Assembly (NCBI GenBank): GCA_030704615.1
Contig: CM060732.1
Coordinates: 64,170,001 to 64,234,000, forward strand
DNA from: Takakia lepidozioides
Lineage: Eukaryota; Plantae; Bryophyta
Length of the DNA stretch: 64,000 bases
Reading direction: 5' to 3'
Notes under the pieces: model-generated
Told to the model about the DNA's origin: nothing
Database searches by the model: none
Seen by the model: the letters and a program-made list of their open reading frames with translations, nothing else
In this document: piece by piece, positions 31,450 through 43,379 of the stretch
Layout of the letters: each line of letters opens with the position of its first letter
Position numbering within the stretch: the first letter of the stretch is position 1
Position numbers and translations under genes: made by a program

Positions 31450-33888
31450 GTAGTACAAGACTAACTGTTTGCTCGGGGCTAAGCACCAAAGGGTACCATG
31501 CATGCTTGCATTGTGGTGATAATCTCAATGCACATAGCTCCCGCCATCTTCACAAGATGATGTATCCCAACTACCGCAAATTTCTTCTTATGAGCCATCG
31601 ATGGAGAAGAAGAGAGAAACACTTGTTTGATGGCAAAGAGGAAGTACGTCCCCCCCCTATGACACCGTCCGGGCAGTTTTGGGAGGACCGATGGAAGAAG
31701 GCCCATGCGGGCACGGACGGTGAAGTGGACGTGCCCGACATGAAACGACTTTCAATCTTCTACGAGTTGCCATATTGGGCGGTACATATTCCACAAAAAC
31801 ACCGTCAATATCCCTATGCATGCATGTGATATTGTACATTTGGTATGCGTTGCATTGTCACTTTCACGTAAAAAAAATTGTGTAAGTATTTGTGGGTGGG
31901 GATATATGTAGGACCTGAAGATTCGCCATCTTCTAAATCCCATGCATATTGAGAAGAATGTCTGCTCGTCTTTTTTTCGGGTTTTTCATGGCACGCCGGC
32001 AAAGAAGGGAGTGGCTGCAAAAGGAGATTCTCTCGGTGTTAGAAAGGAGCTCGAGGAGCAGGGTCGCATGCGCCATCTATGGGCCGAACAAAATGGTGTG
32101 GACCCAAAGGGTGTTGTACGGTGGAAGTATAGGCGCACATCTTGGCAATGGACAAAGGAGGAATACAAGAAAGTGTTAGCCACCATAAGTGTTGTCCGAA
32201 CACCAACTGGTTATGGGTCATCCCTCCGTACGAAGTTCAGCGAAGAAGACGGGGTCCATGGTTTGAAGTCTTATGACTACCATAATCTATTGCAAGACAT
32301 CTTGCCCATTGCAGTATGTGGGACATTGACTCCCGAGGTTCGTGAGACAATCTATAGATTGGGAGGCTTGTTCCGGTGGATTTGCTCCAAAGAGTTGGAG
32401 GAAGCGGATTTTTCACGTATGAAGAAAGAGGCGGCGGAGGTAATGTGTATGCTGGAGATGCAGGTCTTCATCCCTCCTTCTTTGATATCCAAGTGCATTT
32501 GGTAGTGCACTTAGTAGAAGAGGCTTTGATTGCCGGCTCCGTTCATTCTCGGTGGATGTACTTCCTTGAGCGTTATATGAAGATTTTGAAAGGATTTGTA
32601 AGCCAAATGGCGCACCCGGAGGGTAGCATGGCGGAGGGGTATACATTTGCAAGAAGCTATGTTCTATTGCACGGAGTACATGACAAGGGTGGATGAGGAA
32701 GCCCCTCGGCTGTGGAAGGAAGATGAGGATGCACAAACCAAGGACATCGTTTAGCCCAAAAAATCGAAGAGGGTAAAATTGCCGACCTTGGTGATTGAGC
32801 AAGCGCATGACTTTATACCGAAGAACATCCCATCCATACATGAGTGGGAGGCAAGATACAATAATCTTGTTCAACAACGAGAGGAGGAGACGCTGGCATG
32901 GAGGCGGAACCATCCAAGGCTGGTTACGAGACGCCCACGACGAGGAGCGGGCCGCCGGAATGTTCATTCACAAAATTTGCCCATGGAATTGCAGCCTCTA
33001 AGTTCATTCCAGCAGTGGCTTCGGACTTCAGTTTATGACGCCGTTGCTTAAGGAGAGGTGGTTTCAGATTTGGTGCAAGACATTGCAAGGGGCCCCTCTC
33101 AATTCACGACCTCATACACGGCGGTTTGGGTTCACAATCGTCATTTCCGCATTCGTGCTCTTGACATGAAGCGCAAAACAACCTTTGATTCTGGCTTGTG
33201 TGCCACATATTGGCAAGACTCCGTGTGGGGCAAGGGAGATACACGACTTGCTATGAGCAAACTTGAGTACATTGGAGAGCTTGAGAGCATACTCCAACTT
33301 CAGTATACAAGGTACCGGCCTCTTCTCTTCAAGGGAAGGTGGTTCCAGCCACATCTTGTGGGGCCCTCCGCAACACTAGTGCAAGATGATTGTGGTTTCA
33401 TGCGCGTCAATGCAGATAGGCTCAACCCTACTCATGGTCTCTCCGATGCGCCTTTTTCACGCCCTTTAGACATGTAGCAAGTTTTCTTCTCCGATGACAA
33501 AACAAGAGGGGGGAATTGGAAGGTGGTTGTGCATGCTCAGCCAAGAGGAAGACGTATCTATCATGGTCTCGGATCTCCATGGGGTGAGGCAATTGCGGTG
33601 GACAGAGAGACTGGTGATAATGATGCTAATGATGGAGGTTGGGTAGAGGGGGTAGAAGAGGATGATGACGCCGCAGACAATGCATCCCGGACCCTATATG
33701 ATGAAGCTCCAGAAGATACGGATGTTGGAGAAGGAGACGAAGACACGGCCATTGACAACGAGGTGGAGGATGATTTGGAGGTGCCTTTTGAGGGCCGGGC
33801 CATTTATGACGATGACTCCGATGACCAAGAAGACTTGCAGCTTGATGAGGATGAAGAAGCTCCGGATGATAATGTTCAAGTTGATTAG
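31450..33888 (+). pseudogene. CACTA transposase 3' exons (DUF4218/DUF4216-like regions) with acidic tail
   Basis: ORFs 31446-31829, 31942-32505, 32376-32696, 33058-33477 and 33523-33888, with stops and frameshifts. Confidence 0.8.
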
Positions 33889-34239
33889 ACACAAAATCAA
33901 AGCTACATAACAATTCTCGCACCGAACTGTACCCATCCCTTCGATTGATTGTACATGTACATGCATATTGTAGCTTATTTCTATGATTGATCAAATATGG
34001 CTGTGGCTGGTAGTCTTTCAAGAAAGAAGGCAGAGACAATGAATATGTTGGAGAACCACAGATAGATGTGGTATCAAGAGAATTATCAAAATGAATGTCA
34101 CAATCTACAAGAAGGTCCACAACAACAAGCTAACTTAACTATAAAGAGAAAAAAAACACCTTACCCCAGTACCATATGAAAAAAAAAAAAAAAAAACTAA
34201 GAACCCCCAAAGGCCCTAAACCTAAACCTAGAAAGCACT

Positions 34240-34795
34240 GCTGTCGCTGCCTGCGACCCCCACGCGTCGCAACCTGCGACGCGTTTTTTTGGATTTATGA
34301 GGCCGGGGGTCGCAAACGGCGACGGCAAGCCATTGCAAACTGTGACCTGCTTTTTTGTTTTGAAAGAATAGGGCAGCCGGACAGTGTGCGACGCCGGGCC
34401 GTCGCAGGGGCCTTTTGCTCTTCATGCCACTATGCAACGGCCTGGCGTCGCAAGAAAAGGCTGCGATGAAAGAAAGAGAAAGAAAGGGAAAGAAAGGGTT
34501 TTTTTTTTGGCGTGCGACGACCGGCAAAGAAAGGGCTGCCTTCTGCCCTTCGTTGGGGGGTGATGCTTGGGCGTCGCACGGAAGGGCTGCTTTTTGCCCT
34601 TCATCCGCCCATGCGACGGCCAGGCGTCGCCACCTGGCCCCGGCGCCAGGTGGCGACCCGCGGGGTTTGGTTGCGACGGTCGGGCGTCGCAAACAGGCTC
34701 CGCGGGGTTGGCGTCGCACGCTCGTTGCCGCGCGGGGCGTGGGGCGCAGCTGGCGTCGCAAAACCCCCCCCCCCCCCCCCCCATTTGCTATAGTG
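34240..34795. repeat. CACTA 3' subterminal repeats (GCGTCGCA / TGCGACG in both orientations) and TIR
   Basis: Many GTCGCA/TGCGAC copies clustered before the ...CTATAGTG end. Confidence 0.85.
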
Positions 34796-37700
34796 ATCTT
34801 CGAACAACTCCATAGTCCGTGACTGGATCAATGATATCTCCATGTCACTATACTGGTAGGGCCTTTAAAAGATTGACGTGTCACTTGCCAAATCAATACG
34901 AATCTTTTTGCCCTTCAAACTCCCCAAATCCTTCAAACCGAAGGCAAAGCGATTTCTCTAAGCTTTTAGAAATCGATGGATCCTCCGTCTCTCTCCTCCG
35001 GTGACTGTAGGTCCAAGATCTGGTTCCCAATTGTCCTCAATGACTGTAACCTTGGGTACACCGGGCTTGGAGGTAGGAGACAAATCCTTTGGTTGCTAGA
35101 TAGCAATCTCTTGGGCCTTGTCCGCCCAATCTGACTGTGGCGTAGCCTCCACTTGCTCCGCCATAGCCACCTTGAGAACATCCTCTGAGCAAGAAACATT
35201 CTCAACCTCTTAAAAAACCTTGGCTACCTTGGCCTCCAACTGATCCTCAGTCCATGGCTCTCCCCACTCCTCATACTGCTGCTTGAGAGATCCAATGACT
35301 CTCTTTTTGCGCATCTCATCCCACATCTGCCATTGGTGTTTGCAACCCACGATCCTGTGCTCGCCCCCACTCACTGCTGCAATCGTCCCGGTTGGCAGGG
35401 AGGATGCACCATCCAATGGAAGTGCCGAAGTAGCCACCACTCCTTGCAATCTCCGTTGCTCAGCCATGCACAAGGCAATGATCCATGTCAAGCAATTTAG
35501 ATCCATTGCCTGACCCAACACTTGACGACGTGATACCTCCGACAGACTGTCTCCCTCCCTCCTTGGAATTGGCCGGTTTTATCAGTGTTAATTTCCTGTT
35601 TTTCCATCTATACCGGATGGATCCATTGTCTCAAAAAGCATGAGACGAGGGAAAGCTCATGAGCGTAGGCAAAGCCAAACGTGGCTGCCCCACTCGATTG
35701 ACCACCGCCAGAGGTGGACGGTCATCATGTCGCACCATCCCTTTAGTCCAAAATGCCCTCAACCGTGAGATTGGGTGGTAGTTGAATGGAATTGTATGCT
35801 CTCTTGAGCAGCTCTGGTGGTGCAAGATTGGTCCACCACAATCGAGGTCGATGCGCGCGTGATCCCACCGCTGCTGCATCCAATAACACCGCCGATCCAA
35901 TCCAAGACCGCACTTGATGCACACTGGCCATAACCCTGGCCCGAGAATCCCCCATAAGAGGAACATTCTCCAAGATATAGCCTAGAGGTTGCACTTGCCC
36001 CGTCTCCAAGTCCCGCAACACTCGCAACATCTCCCAAAACAAATGCGATCGTGCATCATGCAAGTCATTCCCATGACCTGCGGGAGAGTGTCCTTGGCAA
36101 GACCATCCAGCTATCACCAAGTCAATGGCACCATGCCGGTCCAAATCATCCGCCCCCAACAAGGTAATGTCTGCTGGCAAGGCCTTTTGATACCCTTGAA
36201 TTGCTGAGAGAGGCAACAACTCAGGATACTGGTGTGTGAGCAAGACGATGTGGCGCATAGAAATATGCCGAGCTATCTCATCCTTCTCCACGTACAAGTA
36301 CTTGTGTACTTTAATCCCTGCTTGCAACACTCCTGCAAGCCCAGTGCTCATGCCTCCAAACAGGTCTAGCAAACAAATCCCTGAGTCAGGTGGTTGCCAG
36401 ATAATGGGCACTGTGTCCAAAGGAGCTAACTGAGGAGGTCTAGGTGGTGTCACTGAACTCCCCTCACCCACCGATGGAAAGGCCTCCTGTCATGCTTGTT
36501 GCACACACTCACCTACTACTCGTTGCAAATTCCCAACCGTACCCCACAGTGGAATATGCACAGGCACATGAGGAAGCAAATCAGCCTTGTATGCCAATTG
36601 TTTGTCCTCATCAGGTGATGGCCTATCATCTGCATGGCTATTGCCCTCCAAGAGCTCACCACCCCAAGCCACTACCCCTGAGAATGCAGCCAATGTGGGC
36701 ATCATGTTCCTATGATCCACCGCTACATTCCCAATAAACCGCACTGGGAGCAGTGCACATCGGCCATCTCCTGACTGCCATTCCGGTCTATAGGATGTCG
36801 TTTCTTCCAAAAAGTCCAGAGTGAATCCTATGGGGTATAACACCGCCCCACCAACAAGCACATCATAAGACATCGCGTCCGTAACAATGACTTTAGCTCT
36901 CATGACTGAGCCTTCCGTAGGATGATCCGGCTGCAATCGAATGAAGAGCTCATGACATGTAATCCCTCGTGCCTTCTCTGAACCGCCCAAAGATGTTTGA
37001 ATTTGGAAATGACAAGGCTCCAAATTCGCCTTTGTAAGGCCCAAGCCTGCAATTGTTGCTCTTCCCAACATCAATGGCTGTGTTCCCGAGTCCAACAAGA
37101 CCCGCAGTGGCCTATACCTCCTCCCGGCTGGGCCACCCAACTGAAACACACCATCCTGATTGTCCACCAGGATTACCCCATGAGTCACCATACTACGCTC
37201 AATGGCTAGCCTAGCTTGCAACTCCTGCAACCTTGCAGCTGCCGTTTGCCATGGCGCAGCTGTGGCTATCTTCACCCTTGAATCCAGAGCATCCATGCAC
37301 TGCACCTTATCCGCTATCCCCGCAGATAGTGCCGATGCATCACCACTGTCACAGAGTGCAACTGCCAATCTAAACACTGCAGCTAGCCGCATCCCCGACA
37401 TTGCAATTGTCGTGGCAGAAAACAATGGAGCTTGGCAAATTGCCGTAGCCGCCCCCAACAATGTACTGGCTGCACCTTGCTTTGCAGCACCACCCACTGG
37501 CATTTCCCGAGCTACACCAACTCTCCCCAATGGCAATCGTGGCTCTACCTCTGACATACTTAGGCGAGCGGGTGCCATCGATGACGTAATTGGCACTGTC
37601 TTAGCCAATGTGAAAGACTGTGGAAGCTTTGTCTGTCAACTTGCTTCCCCCTTTTGTGGATCAAAATCCACATCCGCTTCTCTTGGCTCAGAAGCACGAG

Positions 37701-37900
37701 TTGTTGCTCGAGTGATAGCAGCTGTAGCGTCCACATGTAATGGTCCTGCAAGTGCGGCTCCACACATGAAGCCCATACCAATCTGGTCTTCCCTAGGCAT
37801 CGGAGGTTGTGCAGGTGGGGCTTGAACCTCAGGCCTTGGAGTTGGCGCCACATTAGTAGTGGCCATGGCAGCAAAACGTTGCTCTAGCTGGGCAAACCTA
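34796..37900 (-). mobile_element. Second, more decayed copy (B) of the DNMT-carrying Ty3/Gypsy element: late Gag-PR-DNMT-RT N-terminus, cut by the CACTA insertion
   Basis: Colinear with copy A (RVLLDSGTQ; LLDLFGGMSTG; IAGWSCQGH; YILENV; RAHRPRLWWTN; LGQAMD). 34800-34985 reads ...RFAFGLKDLGSLKGKKIRIDLASDTSIF*RPYQYSDMEISLIQSRTMELFE, i.e. the start of a Gypsy RT. Confidence 0.9.
35440..36471 (-). pseudogene. C5-DNA methyltransferase domain of copy B (PC changed to SC, frameshifted, short foreign patch at ~35550-35625)
   Basis: ORFs 35743-36471, 35631-35966 and 35210-35521. Confidence 0.9.
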
Positions 37901-40900
37901 TTCCTAGTACTCCAGTCCAGTTCCCAGTACCCTAGCCCAGTTTCCAGTATCTGGTAATCCAGTCCAGTTTCCAGCATTCCAGTATTCAAGTCGTGTTCCA
38001 ATATCTTGTACCCTTGTTCATTGTTATAAAGATCGCATTGATTCATATTTACTCATCGTGCATACGGCCACGCCGACCTTGACTTCTTGTCTAGTCTTGT
38101 ACCTCTAGTTTGATCTCTTGTTTGTGTTCAGTCATGCTCTCGTCCTTGACAACATATACAATTTTTTGAAAGCTCTGCTCGCAGACATCAGTGTGCTCAT
38201 TTTGGGTATGCACAGGCGCATACAGGTTTTCATGGCTAGATCCTTACACTCAAACTTGCGTCTTGTTTTGCAGGCTATGCAGGCGTATAAGGGTTTTGCA
38301 GTCATGGTATTGAATATCTCAATCAGCGCGAGTGTGTTCTATCATGGTATGCGTAGGCGCATAAGCATATTGAACAATAAAGCTACTCTCTGCAGACCTG
38401 TAAGCCGTGGGCATTTTACCATATGCGCAGGCACATATGCATTATGGACTCATGAACCGGATTCTTGCAAACAGTAGAGGCACAGATAGTGAACATACCT
38501 TATGTTTTCTGCCTCTTCCGCGATTTCTTCATGTAGCTCCCGAACCTTCATCATCCATAAAGCCAGCTTGCGCATTCATCCTTTCTATCACCGTAACGGT
38601 TCGCTGTCGAAGCGTTGTGTAATACAATTTTTTTTGTCTTCTTCTAGCTGTGTATGTCTCCAGGCTCTTCAACTATCACGAAACTGTTTGCAAGGACCTT
38701 AGATTTGTAGGGTAGACGTCGTTGCCGGTGAAGTCCTCATGTGCGGTGTACTATGGCATACAGGTGCAGCGAGTGTGAATGTCGTGATGGGCTATGACGT
38801 GAAGATGACATTGAAGTGCCCATGTAGAACCTTAGTTTTGAATTTTGGGGTGGATGAATGTATTTAGTGTAGATGAATGCATGATGATAGGTCTGGATGG
38901 TGTTGTGAATATTGGATGTACCATGATTGATATAATTAGATAGATAGTTCTGGTTTTTCAACTTATGAGTTATAGCTTGGTGGTTGGTACACTACACATT
39001 ACTCATGAAGTTTTGAGTTTGAGCCTAGGCCGAGATGAGCGGGGGAAAGGTGTACATAATGCTTCATATATATAATTTCATCCCATCGCTGTTCGATTTG
39101 GATGTGTGGTAAGGTATATGAGATATCTCTATCTGGATTGTACTCACTGTTGATAAAGATTTTTAGGTTTATTATCCTCGGCGAGTGCATATATGTGTTG
39201 TCTAATGGTTGCTGTTCTTTCGTATGTTGCTAATGGAAATGTGCAAATGTAGATTGAATTGGTTCAAATGTAGTAGTCAGCTACCAGCTGGATATTAAAA
39301 TTTTCATGATGGTTATCAAAGAGGTTCTTAAATTCCAATTCCCAAGTGTTATATTCATAAAAATAAAATTGAATTTGAAAAGCATTATGGTCGTCACATC
39401 ATCCTTAACCACGTCATTGTTGTCATTTTAAGTTGCCCAGACAAAATAAAACAGAATTTTTAGGATGCCAGCTAGTGCTCAAAAAAAATTTCTTGGCAGG
39501 ACAATAGGCCACGTCGATGGTTTTGGCTAAACCTCAATACCGTTCTAGCCAAGGCAATGGCAAGAGATATCGGCAAAACCTTAAAACTATTTTAGGCAAA
39601 AAAAAAAAAAAAACACGTTAATAGGTATTATTTATTTAAACCTAAATATCATTCAATTACCCAAATAGCCATATTGTTAATAGATAAAATTGAATATTAT
39701 TTTTTAATATAAATTCAAAACAATTTGGTACCTCGGTTAGAGGGTGTTGTAATGTTCAGTTGTTACGTTTCTTCATTGCCACCCAAGTGATTGTCACCTA
39801 TATCTTTATATTTTCATGGCCTTACAAGATTATTTCTTCATTCTTTTTTGTGATTTGTTCATATAATTTAATTAATCATTAGAATAGCTTAGAATTGCGT
39901 GAATAATTTTGGGTTCAAATCTTGTCACTATTACCTTTATATTTGTTTTCATGGCTTTACAAGGTTTTTTTTTTTTTTTTTTTTTCTTTCTTTCTTTCTG
40001 GAATTTGATTAGAATAGCTCAAAATTACATTAAAATAAATAAATAAATAAAATTTGTACACTTGGTGGTTCATAATCGAGATTTTTTTTTTCTATTATAC
40101 AGAATACATATCTATCACATTGATTACAAATAGTTTACAGTAAAGCATGGTTTTTAGAATGAGATAATAAGGTGAGCATCCACCATTGATAATATCAGCT
40201 TTGGTATTCACAATAACTTTATTTTTGTACAGGGGTTCGAACCCTCATAGGTATCCACTATAGCACACAAAATTATGGCCCAAAGGCCTTTAATATTAAC
40301 CAAAAATGATTAAAAATAATGGAGTTTTGGAAATGTAATATAATAAATAATTCGATTGAATAGATTTTGAACTTATTGGAATGATGAAATCTGAGTTGAA
40401 AACTTGATATAAGATAGTGGTATATTATTATAAACAAATATTTTAATTTTTTCTTTAAGTTATAGATAAATATAACATATTTATTCTGATAATAATAATA
40501 AAAACTTTGCTTACATAAATATCATATTTAACATATTTATAGTTTTTGAGATGTAATATGACAAATAACTTGATTGATTGGATTTGAATTGGAGAGCATG
40601 ATACAATATGATAATATGTTGTTTTATTATTATATAATATATAAAGATTAATATTTATATAATATTTATTATAATTACGAACATATAAATTAATAAATTT
40701 AAATAAACAAGTAAATAATTTTTATATATGTTTGAAATATGAAGATGTAATAGTAAAATATATGTTGATATATTTGAAATAGGTAAATAAATATGTAGAA
40801 AAAAATAAAATAAAACATGATTGATTCAAATTGGATATTTATTGATCGATGATGGATAGAATGATAATTGATTTATATAGATGATAGGTGATTAATGTCG

Positions 40901-42519
40901 TTGATTATTGTTTGCTGGAAAATATTTATAACTTAGTTATATTTAGAATTTACAGTTATATTTATATTTATATGTTTAGCTTATATACTTAAATTATAAT
41001 ATTTTTATATAGTATTTGTTATAATTTAATATTTAATATTTAGGTTACATATATTATATTTATATCATATTTGAATATTATATATATAATAGATTTGATA
41101 AAATAGTTAAAATGATGTAACATTAAAGTGACATGATAATAGTGTAATAAATTTTGGTATTCTCTTGGAAATTTGAGAAAATATGTCTGATAATTTTGAG
41201 AGTAAAAAATAAATTGTTTATTTGAAAAGTAGTAATATTACACAACATTGTCTAAATATGATGCAAAAAAAAATCATATATTTTTATTATATTTAAAAAA
41301 AATATTTTTTAACATCATGTTGGACGACTTGAAACTCCTGTAACCATTATTATATGTATCTAGACTTTAAATATGTCAAGCTTCTAATCTATTGGCTTGG
41401 TTATCATCTTTTGTGCTAACAAGTACTTACAATAAAATTATCAATAAAAAGTGTAAAAATTCAAAACATCATATTTCATTTTGCTAAGTGCGGTGTTGTA
41501 AAAACCTTTTAGAAGGGTTTACACTTTGACCAACATAAACTTTTCTATTTTCCAAACACGTAATCTTATAGATAAAATTTTTCAGGTTAGGTCATGTTTT
41601 TATTTTTCAGTATGAGAACCTTTTGGAGCATACAGTGAACTAGGATTTTGAGTTGATGTTTTTGGTAAGTCCCGTGATTCATTAACATATATCTGAAAAA
41701 TTTCAGATATGCAGGTGTGATCGTTTTGAACTTTAGAACAATCTCGTTTGGATCGAGCTTTATTGACTACTTTATCAACATCATTGTACGTAAAATTCTT
41801 CATGTAAACGAGGTCAATGCCATAATGAAGCTCACCACCTTGGAAGTGGTTGTGGTCGATTGATATCATAAATGTGTCCAGCGTCCACTTTCGTGCCGGA
41901 AGGCAATAGCCCTTCAGGGCCAAGAGACACCATAGTTTATGCCTTGGAGAGGTGTCATACTTTACTTTTGGTACAGAGTAGTAATGCATAATATTCCATA
42001 TTTGTCTAAACATGTTGCATGGGCAACACCTAGTATTTCTCCAAATATATAGGCTTTGATGTATGAGTGTAGGCAGAGTATGTAGTTGATGTGGCATTGT
42101 GGTCTGATATTTATGTATGTGTATTAGGAATAGTTGTAGGACGTCTTTGAGTGGTAGGGGGTCTGAAAAAAATATTGATGAGTGTGTGTAATGGTTCAGA
42201 ATGGAATTGTGGTAGTAACAAACAACTGTTGGACTGCCTCATGGCCTACTATCCAACTATGTGACAACTACTAAGACCCAACCCCCGTCATATAATGGTT
42301 TTTTTTTTGGAATAATAAAATATTCAAACATATATAAACATATTGTTGTTGTTCTTTTTGTGGAAAAAACATTTTCATAAAGCATTTTTGGTTAGACTAA
42401 GAAAAAGATTCAAATGTTGGTTAAAGAAATAAAATAAAACAAATATGACCCAGATGACGCCTTTCCCCAAAGGAAGCCTAAATTATACTGTCTCTTCATC
42501 CCCTGGACCACAACCTTCC

Positions 42520-42692
42520 ATTGAACCCTAGATCAACTAGGTTATACCTTGGTTCAATGCGGAGGAAGGCACAAACTTGCTTCCTTGTGGGGTGTGGTAT
42601 GATCTTTGCAATGCATCTACCCTATTGAGCCAAGGGAGCAGGATTTGAACCCAGAAGCACTTGGGTGGCACTCAGTGCACTATGCTACTGTG
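42520..42692 (-). mobile_element. tRNA-derived SINE-like remnant(s)
   Basis: B-box GGTTCAAATCC on minus at ~42641-42653; 42520-42547 resembles 59030-59056. Confidence 0.35.
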
Positions 42693-43379
42693 ATGAATAC
42701 TATTTAATTAGAAAGGGCGGATAGTTATTTTAATACAATAGATGGATGGAAGTACGAGCTGTAGATGAAAGTACAGACTATGGATGGAATGAACATATTG
42801 GATGAAAGTTCAGTGAGGTGTGCTGAGGAAGCTGAGCAAACGGCTACAATGAGGAAGCCTCTCTTGGCGCCATGTCTGTCTCTCTCTTTCTCTCTCGACC
42901 GATCGATCTTGTGTTTCTTTCGTTAGGAAATTTGTGCAGGTAGGTGTGCATTCCAATTACTTCGCTTTTCCCCGGTCGATTTTATGATATTCTGTTTTCT
43001 ATCTGTGACCTCGTGCTCTATTCAAACCGGTAAGAACTTTTTCTCTCACGATAATCTCTCGATATTGCATTTCGATTTCCACTTCAAAGTCTAATCTGTG
43101 TGTTATCTCTGTTGTATTGGCCTTTCTCGATTCACTATACTTATCTTTCCTGTTTCTTCGTCCTCGCCTACCTTCTTGGCTATGCCAACCAGCTTGTACG
43201 CTTGTGGAAACGTTGTATCTGATCTGCAGCTCTCTTTGAAATTACACTTATATGGAAACACCGCAATCAGTGCTGTACGGCTGTGTTTCTGTGGACGATT
43301 CTTGAAAAGCGTGGAGGGATCCTTCCTATCTACATTGAGACTTTCCTACAAGCGACATTCGATTTCCTTGTGCACGTCA

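Larger units (their letters stand above)
16141..34795 (+). mobile_element. CACTA/EnSpm DNA transposon, decayed and 5'-truncated, interrupted by an LTR retrotransposon at 17921-31281
   Basis: TnpD-type exons: HACPCDKTLYY..CPEC..VPRKV; LGFSSDG; YLQPLVDEL; MHDYPG; GYHACLHC; IFYELPYW; MHIEKNV; FFDIQVHLVVHL..RWMYFLERYM; LFKGRWF. 3' terminus ...CATTTGCTATAGTG at 34795 (CACTATAGC on minus). No 5' TIR found. Confidence 0.88.

Noticed and set aside
34176-34843. Several overlapping 80-177 aa ORFs
   Set aside because: Artefacts of the GC-rich CACTA subterminal repeats; only 34796-34843 is coding (RT of copy B).
40253-40265. ATC-CACTATAGCA as the missing CACTA TIR with matching TSD
   Set aside because: It lies downstream of the 3' end (wrong side), matches only 10 bp and has no subterminal repeats; likely chance.
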